Source: an uncultured archaeon (GTDB taxonomy: Archaea; Iainarchaeota; Iainarchaeia; Iainarchaeales; DATDZZ01). Taken from it: a stretch of DNA of 32,000 nucleotides. This document shows, piece by piece, positions 23,561 to 31,877 of this stretch. The translations under genes were made by a program, and so were the position numbers. The number at the start of each line of letters is the position of its first letter. Positions within the stretch are counted from its first letter, which is position 1. The stretch is from contig CAYJVY010000006.1 in NCBI GenBank assembly GCA_964373795.1, forward strand, positions 68,325 through 100,324. Direction: 5' to 3'. Below the pieces are notes generated by a model. That model saw only the letters and a list, made by a program, of their open reading frames with translations. It searched no databases and was not told where the DNA came from.

Positions 23561-24544
23561 TTATTTTGTGGGAGTTGTGCCAATATTTGCAATGATTGGA
23601 ATAGAGCCTTCAGTTGGAACTAAAACAGTGTTAACTCCGCCTGATTTTTCAAGTGCTTGCAAGTATCTATATGAAAGTAAATCCTTATTTTTAGATAATG
23701 CTTCATTAACCTTTTGTAATCCAGCTGCTTCTCCTTCAGAAATTGAGCGAATTGCATCTGCTTCTCCTTTAGCTCTTTCTCTTCTAGCATCTGCATCTCC
23801 TTTTGCTTGAATTACAGCTGCATCAGCTAATCCTTGCTGTTCTTGTCTAACTCTTTCAGCTTCTTGCTTGGCAATTTCTACTTCATTCTTTTTTTGAGTA
23901 ATTCTTTCTTCAGCAGCTCTCTTGGCTTCAATTGCTTCAGTAATAGTTTTAGGTAAAATAATTGCTCTAATTAAAACCTTTTCAATTACAAATCCATCTC
24001 CTTCAAATGAAGGCTTTAAGTTGTCAAAGATTTGTTGTTCAAGTTTTTCTCTTCCAGATCCATATAACTCAGTTGCTAAAGATCCTCCGGTTACTTCTCT
24101 TGCAGCACTTCTAATTCTTGGAATAACAGTGTTAGCTCTATAATCACGACTAAGGTTTTGAATAATCGAAGGAGCTTGAGCATCTTTAACTCTATAAAAT
24201 ACACTGACATCCATTGAAACAACTAATCCTTCCACAGTTGGAGCACTAATAGCAATATCGTCTCCTCCTGTATGCAAATTAATTGTATCACGAGCTGTTT
24301 GAACCAAAATAATGTCTTGAATAATTGGAATCCTGAAATGCCATCCAGGATTTAAAACCCTATCAAAATCAATTCCACCTGAAGCGTTATAAATTACTCC
24401 AACATTTCCTGGAGGAATAATTACTATTGGCCCTAAAGCAAAAAAGATTGGAACAACTATGAATAAGAAAATAATAACAATTACAACCCATTTAAATAGT
24501 CCGCCAACGCTTTCAAAAAAGTTTTCAACAGGGTTTGAAGCCAT
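23561..24544 (-). CDS. SPFH/Band 7 (stomatin/prohibitin/HflKC-like) membrane protein
   Basis: The 327-aa product has an N-terminal TM helix and an SPFH core (VIIPPGNVGVIY..., FYRV). A C-terminal Ala/Glu/Arg-rich coiled coil follows (AKRAAEERITQKKNEVEIAKQEAERVRQEQ...). Confidence 0.85.
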   Translation of the reverse strand: MASNPVENFFESVGGLFKWVVIVIIFLFIVVPIFFALGPIVIIPPGNVGVIYNASGGIDFDRVLNPGWHFRIPIIQDIILVQTARDTINLHTGGDDIAISAPTVEGLVVSMDVSVFYRVKDAQAPSIIQNLSRDYRANTVIPRIRSAAREVTGGSLATELYGSGREKLEQQIFDNLKPSFEGDGFVIEKVLIRAIILPKTITEAIEAKRAAEERITQKKNEVEIAKQEAERVRQEQQGLADAAVIQAKGDADARRERAKGEADAIRSISEGEAAGLQKVNEALSKNKDLLSYRYLQALEKSGGVNTVLVPTEGSIPIIANIGTTPTK

Positions 24545-24596
24545 GCAATAAATAAGTAATTAGGGTTTAAAAAACTTTTCCTTTTAACAAAGCATT

Positions 24597-25469
24597 TCAA
24601 AGAGCTTTTGTTTTCACAAATTCGTTATACAAAACTATATGATAATAGATTTGAATTACAGTGAAAAAAACTGATGGCAAAACCAGTGAAGGAATAGCAA
24701 AAAGGAAAAACAATTCATAAGAATTAAGTAAAATAAGAAAAATTGCTCCTAAAACTAGTCCTGCAAACCAGAATGTCGCTGTAATAATTAGAATTGGAAG
24801 TTCATATACCAAAAGGAAGGCAAGCAATTTCCAAAACCTGTGATGAGTTAATTCAAATCCTTCTTTCAAAGCAACAAGAATTGAAATATCTTTTTGCACA
24901 AAAATAATCCAAGCAAAAACCATTCTAATAAGGTTATAAGTATACATTGCAAAAAAATAAATTACTGTAATAAGTCCTACAATCAAGGGCACTACAACTA
25001 GAATTGGGTTAACTAAAACAAGTAATAGGCTTAAAAGAGTTAAAACAATTAACACAATTAATGGAATTAATAATTTTAAATTTAAAATTGAGAAAAACGA
25101 GAACACAACATAAGCAATAAATAAGATTACAAGCTTAATGAATTTCATTAAATCAAATTTGGCATGCTTTAATCCAAGAAATTTGAATGCATTAAATGCA
25201 ACGTTTACTGCTAAAAAAGTCAATACAAGTGAAAGAATTAATCCTAAAACTAATTCAATTAATTTTAAAATTAATTGAGTAAAATCTTTTGGCGCCAACA
25301 TAAAATTTTTCAGAGAACCATAAATTAAAAGAATTACAACAAAGTAAATCAAGAAATAAATAAAATAACTAATTAAATATGCTGCAAAAAACTTGAATGT
25401 ATTTAAATCATTCCACCAAAAAGTTAAAGGTGTTAAAAAAAGTTTAAAGTAATCTGTTTTATGCTGCAT
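24597..25469 (-). CDS. Polytopic membrane protein, unknown function
   Basis: The product has about 6-7 hydrophobic helices. The track ORF starts at TTG 25484; the first ATG is at 25469. It lies directly upstream of the SPFH gene on the same strand. Confidence 0.55.
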   Translation of the reverse strand: MQHKTDYFKLFLTPLTFWWNDLNTFKFFAAYLISYFIYFLIYFVVILLIYGSLKNFMLAPKDFTQLILKLIELVLGLILSLVLTFLAVNVAFNAFKFLGLKHAKFDLMKFIKLVILFIAYVVFSFFSILNLKLLIPLIVLIVLTLLSLLLVLVNPILVVVPLIVGLITVIYFFAMYTYNLIRMVFAWIIFVQKDISILVALKEGFELTHHRFWKLLAFLLVYELPILIITATFWFAGLVLGAIFLILLNSYELFFLFAIPSLVLPSVFFTVIQIYYHIVLYNEFVKTKAL

Positions 25470-25490
25470 TAAAATATTTTTCAATGAATT

Positions 25491-25500
25491 TATTTAAAAT
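25491..25500 (+). promoter_or_regulatory. Putative TATA box (TATTTAAAAT) for cmk
   Basis: It lies 33-42 nt upstream of the ATG at 25533. Confidence 0.3.
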
Positions 25501-25532
25501 CTCTTTGTTTTCAAATTTCTTGTGAAAATTAA

Positions 25533-26123
25533 ATGGAAATATTGATTTGCGGCTTGTCCGGAAGCGGGAAAAGTGGAGTAGCAGAAATAGTGGCAAAAAA
25601 ACTAAACTTAAGACTAATTCATACCTCGGGAATTTTAAGACAGTTATTTGAAAAAAAAATTGAAGAAATCAATGTAGAAAAAGGTTTGAAGAATAAAGGT
25701 TTTTGGGAATCAAATGAAGGAAAAAAATTAAACCAGCAAAGACTTGAAGGGATTTCAAAAAAAGGAAAAACAGTTGACGAGCTATTGGATGAAAAATTAT
25801 TAATAGAAATTGGGAAAGGAAATGTTGTAATGGATTCTTGGACAATGCCTTGGTTATCCAAGAAAGGATTAAAGATTTGGTTGAAAACATCTAATAAAGT
25901 TAGAGGAAAAAGGCTTGCAAAAAGAGATAATTTAAGTGAAAAAGAAGTAATGAAAAGAGTTAAAGAAAAAGAAAAACAGGTTTCAAAAATTTATAAAAAA
26001 CTTTATGGATTTAATTTTGGAAAAGACTTGAAAGTATTTGATTTAATTATTGATGTAGATCTGTTAACTGTTGAAGAAACAGCTGACAAAATAATTGAGT
26101 TTGTAAATGCAATCGACGATTAA
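25533..26123 (+). CDS. cmk: Cytidylate (CMP) kinase, archaeal type
   Basis: The 196-aa product has the P-loop GLSGSGKS. The GNVVMDSW...LKIWLK...R.KRLAKRD...YKKLYGFN...FDLIIDV pattern matches archaeal Cmk layout. A related P-loop NMP kinase is an alternative. Confidence 0.65.
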   Translation: MEILICGLSGSGKSGVAEIVAKKLNLRLIHTSGILRQLFEKKIEEINVEKGLKNKGFWESNEGKKLNQQRLEGISKKGKTVDELLDEKLLIEIGKGNVVMDSWTMPWLSKKGLKIWLKTSNKVRGKRLAKRDNLSEKEVMKRVKEKEKQVSKIYKKLYGFNFGKDLKVFDLIIDVDLLTVEETADKIIEFVNAIDD

Positions 26124-26132
26124 AAAATAGTT

Positions 26133-26345
26133 TTAAGGTTGTTTTGAAGCTAGTTCAATGTCTTCATCAGTGATTGTTTTTCTTTTAGCGTGTAAGGCAA
26201 AGATTTTAGCTTTTTTGGAAATTTCTTGGCCGTGAAATTCTAATTTGTTTCTTAAAACATCTGCTGCTTTTTCACTTACTCTCATGCTTGGATCAATTGA
26301 TTTAATTAATCTTATAACTGCAGCTAAAGGTAATTCATTAGACAT
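26133..26345 (-). CDS. Archaeal histone (HMf-like histone fold)
   Basis: The 70-aa product reads LPLAAVIRLIK...RVSEKAADVLRNKLEFHGQEISKKAKIFALHAKRKTITDEDIELA, matching the canonical archaeal histone pattern. Confidence 0.85.
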   Translation of the reverse strand: MSNELPLAAVIRLIKSIDPSMRVSEKAADVLRNKLEFHGQEISKKAKIFALHAKRKTITDEDIELASKQP

Positions 26346-26495
26346 TTAAACCACTTTAAACCTTAATTAAAGCATTAAAGGCAAAAAACTATTTAAATAT
26401 AATCTTTTTCATTGAAAAAGCTTTAAATTTGAATTAATTTTCAACGGAAATCTGCTTTAAAAACTATTTTAAAAGCATAATTGAGTATTACTTTA

Positions 26496-28826
26496 ATGAA
26501 TATGCTTGAAGTGAATTCAATTCAGTTTGAAGAGAAATTTGTTTCTCATCCTTTAATTAAGTCAAACATTGTTGAAAGAAGGCTTTATCAAGAAATTCTT
26601 GCAGCAAGAGTAGTTGAAAATGGTAATTCATTAGTTGTTGCTCCAACTGCTTTAGGTAAAACAATTATTGCTGTGTTAGTTGCTGCTTTTATTCTTGAAA
26701 AAAATCCTGAAAGCAAGTTAGTGTTTCTTTCTCCTACAAAGCCTTTGGCTCAACAACATGAACAGTCTTTGAAAAAAATTTTGAATTTAGGGGAAGAAAA
26801 AATTGCTTTGCTTACTGGAACTGTAATGACTCAGGAAAGAAAAGAGTTATGGGAAAAATCAATGGTTATTTCTGCTACTCCTCAAACAATTGAAAACTCT
26901 ATTTTAAGAGGTGAAATTGATTTTGAAAAGGTTTCATTGCTTGTATTTGATGAATCTCATAGAGCTGTAGGAGATTATTCTTATGTTTATCTTGCAAGAA
27001 GATATATGAAGCAAGCAAAAAATCCTTTAATTTTAGCTTTAACTGCGTCTCCTGGATCGCAAGAAGAAAGAATTCAAGAGGTTTGCAAAAACTTGTTCAT
27101 TAAAAACATCGAAATTAAAACAGTAAAAGATTTTGATGTAAAAGAATACGTTAACGAAATAGAGGTTGACTGGAAATTTATTTCCTTGCCTTCAGAATTT
27201 ATTGAAATAAAAAATTTATTAGATTCATTCATTAAAGAACAAATTCAGTTTTTCAGAAAAATAGGTTATTCAAGGCATTTAGATTTCTCATACATTAGGA
27301 GAAATGAATTGCTTGCCTTGCAAGCCTTGCTTAGAAAAGACATGATTGAAAAAGGAAGAGAAAATCCATCTCTTTACGTAGCGGTTTCAAAAATTGCTTC
27401 CTTGCTGAAAATTCTTCACGCGCGAACCTTGCTTGAAACACAGGGATTAAATGCATTAAATGAATATTTTAAAAGACTGAAATTAGATGCAAGTCAAATT
27501 AATTCATCTAAAGCAGTGAAATCGATAATAAAAAATGAAGAAATTTATGAAGCAATTCAGAAAACAGAAAAATTAATTCAACAAAATATTTTGCATCCAA
27601 AATTGATTGAATTAAAGCAAATCTTGCTACAACAATTCAAGTCAAATCCTGAGTCAAAAGTATTAGTATTCAATCACTATAGAGACTCAATTTCAGGTTT
27701 AATTGAATTCTTGAATCAGTTTCCAGAAATAAAGGCTCAAAAATTTATTGGACAAGCTTCAAAGGATTCAGGCAAGGGAATGAGTCAAAAAGAACAATTA
27801 GAAGTAATTCAAGACTTGAAAAAAGGAATCTTCAATGTCTTGTGTTGTTCAAGTGTTGCAGAAGAAGGATTAGATATTCCTTCAGTTGACTTGGTTATAT
27901 TCTTTGAGCCGGTTCCAAGCGAGATAAGATTAATTCAAAGAATGGGTAGAACTGGAAGAATTGCAAAAGGAAAAGTAATAATTTTAATTGCAAAAAATAC
28001 TTCAGATGAAGGAATTTATTGGGCAAGCATTGCAAAAGAAAAAAAAATGCATTCCACTTTAAAGGAAATGAAAAAAAATTCAAGCAATTATCAAACAACT
28101 ATTTCAAATGCAAATGCATTGCCAAAGCAAAGCACTTTAATTCACTTTCATGAAAACCAAAAAGTATTAATTTATGTTGACACTCGCGAACAAAACTCTT
28201 CCCTTATTGGTTTACTGGAAGAAAAAGATGCAATAATAAAAGTAAAACAGATTGAAGTAGGAGACTATGTTTTATCAGATCAAATAGTTGTTGAAAGAAA
28301 AACATTAGAGGATTTCTTGAATTCAATTATTGATGGCAGATTGTTTAATCAATTAAATAAAATGAATGAAAACTATGATTCTCCCTTGATTTTAGTTGAA
28401 GGCAACCAAGAAGAATTATTTTCTTTGCGAAACATTCACCGCAATGCAATAATTGGAGCATTAACTTCTATTGCATTAAATTACAGGATTCCAATTCTTT
28501 TCACTAAAAATTCTGCTGAAACTGCGGAATATTTATTTCTCACTGCAAAACGCGAACAACTAGGAAAAGGCTCTGATATTCGTTTACGTGTTGGAAGAAA
28601 AGGTTTAACTCTTTCCGAGCAACAAAGATTTTTAGTTGAAGGCTTGCCAATGGTTGGCCCTCAAATGGCTCGCTCGCTCTTAAATCATTTTGGTTCAATT
28701 AAAGCAATTGCAAACGCGGATCAAAAAGAATTACAAGAAATTGAAAACCTTGGAGAAAAAAAAGCCAGAGCAATAAAAAACGTTTTACAAAAAAAATTCT
28801 CCGAAGAAGAGAATAACAAAATTTAA
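26496..28826 (+). CDS. hef: Hef: SF2 helicase fused to an XPF/ERCC4 nuclease and an HhH2 domain
   Basis: The product has helicase motifs APTALGKT and DESH. The ERCC4 region reads IYVDTREQ...VGDYVL...VERKTLEDFLNSIIDGRLFNQ. A helix-hairpin-helix tail sits at the C-terminus. The track ORF starts at TTG 26481; ATG 26496 is more likely. Confidence 0.9.
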   Translation: MNMLEVNSIQFEEKFVSHPLIKSNIVERRLYQEILAARVVENGNSLVVAPTALGKTIIAVLVAAFILEKNPESKLVFLSPTKPLAQQHEQSLKKILNLGEEKIALLTGTVMTQERKELWEKSMVISATPQTIENSILRGEIDFEKVSLLVFDESHRAVGDYSYVYLARRYMKQAKNPLILALTASPGSQEERIQEVCKNLFIKNIEIKTVKDFDVKEYVNEIEVDWKFISLPSEFIEIKNLLDSFIKEQIQFFRKIGYSRHLDFSYIRRNELLALQALLRKDMIEKGRENPSLYVAVSKIASLLKILHARTLLETQGLNALNEYFKRLKLDASQINSSKAVKSIIKNEEIYEAIQKTEKLIQQNILHPKLIELKQILLQQFKSNPESKVLVFNHYRDSISGLIEFLNQFPEIKAQKFIGQASKDSGKGMSQKEQLEVIQDLKKGIFNVLCCSSVAEEGLDIPSVDLVIFFEPVPSEIRLIQRMGRTGRIAKGKVIILIAKNTSDEGIYWASIAKEKKMHSTLKEMKKNSSNYQTTISNANALPKQSTLIHFHENQKVLIYVDTREQNSSLIGLLEEKDAIIKVKQIEVGDYVLSDQIVVERKTLEDFLNSIIDGRLFNQLNKMNENYDSPLILVEGNQEELFSLRNIHRNAIIGALTSIALNYRIPILFTKNSAETAEYLFLTAKREQLGKGSDIRLRVGRKGLTLSEQQRFLVEGLPMVGPQMARSLLNHFGSIKAIANADQKELQEIENLGEKKARAIKNVLQKKFSEEENNKI

Positions 28827-28875
28827 ATATACAAATGCACACTAAGTTAATATGAAATGCATATGAGGTGTATAT

Positions 28876-29127
28876 ATGGTTGTTGCAAGGGTTTTACTAA
28901 AAGACTATACAAATAAAGTTTTAAACCTAGTAAAAATAAAATACGATTTAGTTGACAAAAGTGAGGCAATAAACAAATTCATAGAAATGTATGGCGAAAA
29001 CGAATTAGAACCACAAGTAAAAGAAAGCTATATAAAAAAAATTCTGGCAATTGAAGAAGAATATTACAAAAAACACAAAAATAGAAGAATGACCAATAAA
29101 GAATTAGACAAATTGTTTGAAAAGTGA
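28876..29127 (+). CDS. Putative antitoxin of a RelE-type toxin-antitoxin pair
   Basis: The 83-aa product has GAGGTG 5 nt upstream of the ATG. Its stop is 4 nt before the toxin ATG. The call rests on position and size, and the family is not recognised with certainty. Confidence 0.55.
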   Translation: MVVARVLLKDYTNKVLNLVKIKYDLVDKSEAINKFIEMYGENELEPQVKESYIKKILAIEEEYYKKHKNRRMTNKELDKLFEK

Positions 29128-29131
29128 CTTA

Positions 29132-29407
29132 ATGCCTTTCGAATACGACTTTGCCGATAAGCTTAAATCCATAATAGAAAAGCTTAGAAAAAGAGATCCG
29201 CAAAGGGCAGAAATTTTATACAAAAAAGTAAACCAAATAATAAACTCTGATGAAATAACAATAGGCCACTACAAAAACTTAAGACATGATTTAAGCGACA
29301 GAAAAAGAGTCCACATAGACAAAAGCTTTGTTTTAACCTTTAAATATGACAAACAAAAAAAATCCATATTATTTTTAGATTTTGATCACCACGACAATAT
29401 ATACTAG
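29132..29407 (+). CDS. relE: RelE/ParE-superfamily toxin (mRNA interferase)
   Basis: The C-terminal pattern KNLRHDLSDRKRVHIDKSFVLTFKYDKQKKSILFLDFDHHDNIY resembles RelE/YoeB/YafQ. ATG 29132 is preferred over the track's TTG at 29117. Confidence 0.7.
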   Translation: MPFEYDFADKLKSIIEKLRKRDPQRAEILYKKVNQIINSDEITIGHYKNLRHDLSDRKRVHIDKSFVLTFKYDKQKKSILFLDFDHHDNIY

Positions 29408-29516
29408 TTTTTAAGTGAATAAACATGACAAAAGAGCTTGTAACAAATCTGCAATTACAATTACAGGTTCTAGACACCAAGACTAAACTAAGTTCATGAA
29501 ATCTGTTTTTGAAGAC

Positions 29517-30917
29517 TTAGTCAAAGCTGTATTGAATTATTTTTCCTCCATTGCTTGAAAAAATGCTTGATACTCCTGGACAGTTTTTTGCTTCCAAGAT
29601 TCCTGTTTGAAATTTCAAAGAATTTAATGCGCCTTTGTGAATGAAAAAATAATTTGCATTAAATTTCTTAACGTTTTTTTCAATTCTCTTACAATTACTT
29701 GACTCAATTAATTCCTTCATTACTTGATTTCGCTCTTCTAATTCTGGCGCAAATTCAAAATACCCATCAATTACTTGTTTTCGTTGAGTTAAATAAGCTA
29801 AAGGATGCCCTTGATCCCATTGAGAAAAAATATTTTCATCAGAGGAAGAATTATTCTTAAGCCATTCAATTGCCTTTTTTTGGGAAACAGGAACTAATTG
29901 TTCAAAAGAATCAAGTAAAGGAATTAGCGAGACCAGTGCAAGAACTAATAATAAAACAAAAAAAATGCCAGTATAAGGTCGAATTTTTTCTAATGCAAAG
30001 TTTAATCCAAAACCTGCAATAATTGCTGCAGGAATTGATAAGAAAATTCCTAAACGCAAAGCAAAAACCCCAAATAAAAGTGAAACCACAAACCAGAGTT
30101 TCAAAAACAGGTTTTCTTTGAGCTTGAATAACCCGATTAAAATGAAAATCCAGCTAAAAGTAAAAAAAGTAAAAAAATGAATAAACAATAATTTAGATGC
30201 TTCACTTGATTCAAATGAAACAAAAGAAAAATAATCAGTTAAAGGATACGGCAAACTTGAAAGCCATAAAATCCAAGTAACTACAATTAATAAAATTGTG
30301 AACAAAATTTTTTTAAAATCCAATTCAAGCTTTTTAATTTTAAAAACTATTAACCATGCAAGCAAAAATAGCACTAAATATGAAGCGGAAAGCGGATGCA
30401 ATAATGTTTGCGCAATTGAAAGCAAGTAAGCTATGCGAAATTTTTTTAAATAAAGCAAGAAAATAATTGCAGGAACAATAAGCAAACTTAAACCATCAGG
30501 GCGAGCAGAAGAAAAAGTTCTAATAATGTGGAATAAAGTTATAGCCAAAATAAAGGCTGAAAGAAAAGCAATTTTTTCTCCAAAAATTCTTCGAGTGAAA
30601 ACAAAAACTAGCAATATTCCTAGTACTCCATAAATATTTGGAAGAAAATTAATTAAGACAATTATTGGAATATTGCTTGCAATGAAAAGTACTGCAAAAA
30701 GAATGTGAAACAAAGGAGGATAAGAGTAAAACCTGCCTTGCAAACTTAATTCATCAAATTTAGGCAAAGAATGTTCTTGAACTGTTTGCTCGCTTAATCT
30801 TGCATGAAAATAATTATCTGGATCAACTAAAGAATTATTCAGCATTGGATAAAATCTTAAAATAAATCCAAGAGAAAGAATTAACAGCAAGCCTGCTATG
30901 AAAAATTTTAAATTCAT
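29517..30917 (-). CDS. GT-C fold membrane glycosyltransferase, possibly a very short AglB/STT3-type oligosaccharyltransferase
   Basis: The 466-aa product has about 11-13 TM helices. The first external loop reads DPDNYFHARL (DxD-type motif). After the TM block, SQWDQGHPLAY sits where STT3/AglB has WWDYG. The soluble C-terminal domain is short, about 90 aa. An ArnT/PMT-like GT39/83 enzyme is the alternative. Confidence 0.5.
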   Translation of the reverse strand: MNLKFFIAGLLLILSLGFILRFYPMLNNSLVDPDNYFHARLSEQTVQEHSLPKFDELSLQGRFYSYPPLFHILFAVLFIASNIPIIVLINFLPNIYGVLGILLVFVFTRRIFGEKIAFLSAFILAITLFHIIRTFSSARPDGLSLLIVPAIIFLLYLKKFRIAYLLSIAQTLLHPLSASYLVLFLLAWLIVFKIKKLELDFKKILFTILLIVVTWILWLSSLPYPLTDYFSFVSFESSEASKLLFIHFFTFFTFSWIFILIGLFKLKENLFLKLWFVVSLLFGVFALRLGIFLSIPAAIIAGFGLNFALEKIRPYTGIFFVLLLVLALVSLIPLLDSFEQLVPVSQKKAIEWLKNNSSSDENIFSQWDQGHPLAYLTQRKQVIDGYFEFAPELEERNQVMKELIESSNCKRIEKNVKKFNANYFFIHKGALNSLKFQTGILEAKNCPGVSSIFSSNGGKIIQYSFD

Positions 30918-30965
30918 TTCATTAAAGAAAGTGCAAAAGAATTAATATTTATTTCCACAAGCGAA

Positions 30966-31235
30966 TTATTTTTTGTAAACGTGTTTTAGCCATAAGCTTT
31001 TGAAAAAAGGAAGAGTTAAGGTTGAAAGCATGAAAGCAATTGCTGGAACAATTGCATTAAGCCAAGGATTTGGAATATTGATTATCTGCAAGTAGAATCC
31101 AATTGCAAGGTAAGTGAAAATCATTAAAAGTCCTCTGCGGGAAAAACTTGTCTCCCAAGATTTATCTGATTCAACTTTTTTATTTCTTTCTTTGAGTTGA
31201 TTAATTTCTTCTTCAATTCTTTTAAGTTTTGTCAT
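30966..31235 (-). CDS. Small membrane protein with an N-terminal coiled coil, unknown function
   Basis: The 89-aa product has an ATG start. MTKLKRIEEEINQLKERNKKVE is followed by two hydrophobic helices. Confidence 0.45.
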   Translation of the reverse strand: MTKLKRIEEEINQLKERNKKVESDKSWETSFSRRGLLMIFTYLAIGFYLQIINIPNPWLNAIVPAIAFMLSTLTLPFFKSLWLKHVYKK

Positions 31236-31256
31236 AAGATTTTCTCCGAGGAAAAG

Positions 31257-31811
31257 TTAGCTGAATTCGTTTAAAGCAATTTTTTCTAAAACTAATTCTT
31301 GCAATGCTGCTTCTTTTGAATAGTCATTTAATGCATTTAATTCTGTGTCAGTTACTTTGAAAAATTTTTTAACGAATTCAAAATTTAATTCAAAGTCTCG
31401 TGATTTAAAGGAGAGTTCTTTTTCAATAATTTTTTTCATTTCATTAACTTGTTTATTGTTTGAACTTGAAATAATTATGCAAATCATTTGATTGCCTTTT
31501 TTTAATTCAGCATTTTTTAAGGCAAGATGGATTTTTCTGGTTGCAGTTAGCCGACATAAAAATTCTAATTGAATGTTTTTTGAAAAAGCGTTTTTGGAGT
31601 TAATTGCTTGAATTGAATGAAAAAATGCAAAAAGCACGTGGTTTGGAGAGGAAACAATATTTGCATTGCAAACCTGCCAAAAATCTTTTACAGAATTAAA
31701 ATTCTTTTTTTCAAGGCTAGTAGAAATGTTTTTAATAGTTGCATCTACATTATTAATATTAATTAAACCAAATTCAATGAAAACTTGTTGGCCTGTTAAA
31801 GTTGAATTCAT
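31257..31811 (-). CDS. cgi121: Cgi121-like KEOPS complex subunit
   Basis: The 184-aa product has NANIVSSPNHVLFAFFHSIQA...LEFLCRLTATRKIHLALKNAEL...ICII and a C-terminal LVLEKIALNEF. This matches my recollection of the archaeal Cgi121 pattern (h-D/N-a-xxV-xxxxHhxxA ... sGxRqIxxAh ... LEKIAL). Confidence 0.55.
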   Translation of the reverse strand: MNSTLTGQQVFIEFGLININNVDATIKNISTSLEKKNFNSVKDFWQVCNANIVSSPNHVLFAFFHSIQAINSKNAFSKNIQLEFLCRLTATRKIHLALKNAELKKGNQMICIIISSSNNKQVNEMKKIIEKELSFKSRDFELNFEFVKKFFKVTDTELNALNDYSKEAALQELVLEKIALNEFS

Positions 31812-31877
31812 TAATTAAATTTAGTTCAATGGATTTATAAAAAAAACGTTAAAACTATAAAACTGGGAGAGAATGAA

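Noticed and set aside
23517-24143. Plus-strand ORFs of 97 and 73 aa inside the SPFH gene
   Set aside because: They are antisense to the SPFH coiled-coil region. The Ala/Ser-rich translations mirror the Ala/Glu/Arg-rich sense frame.
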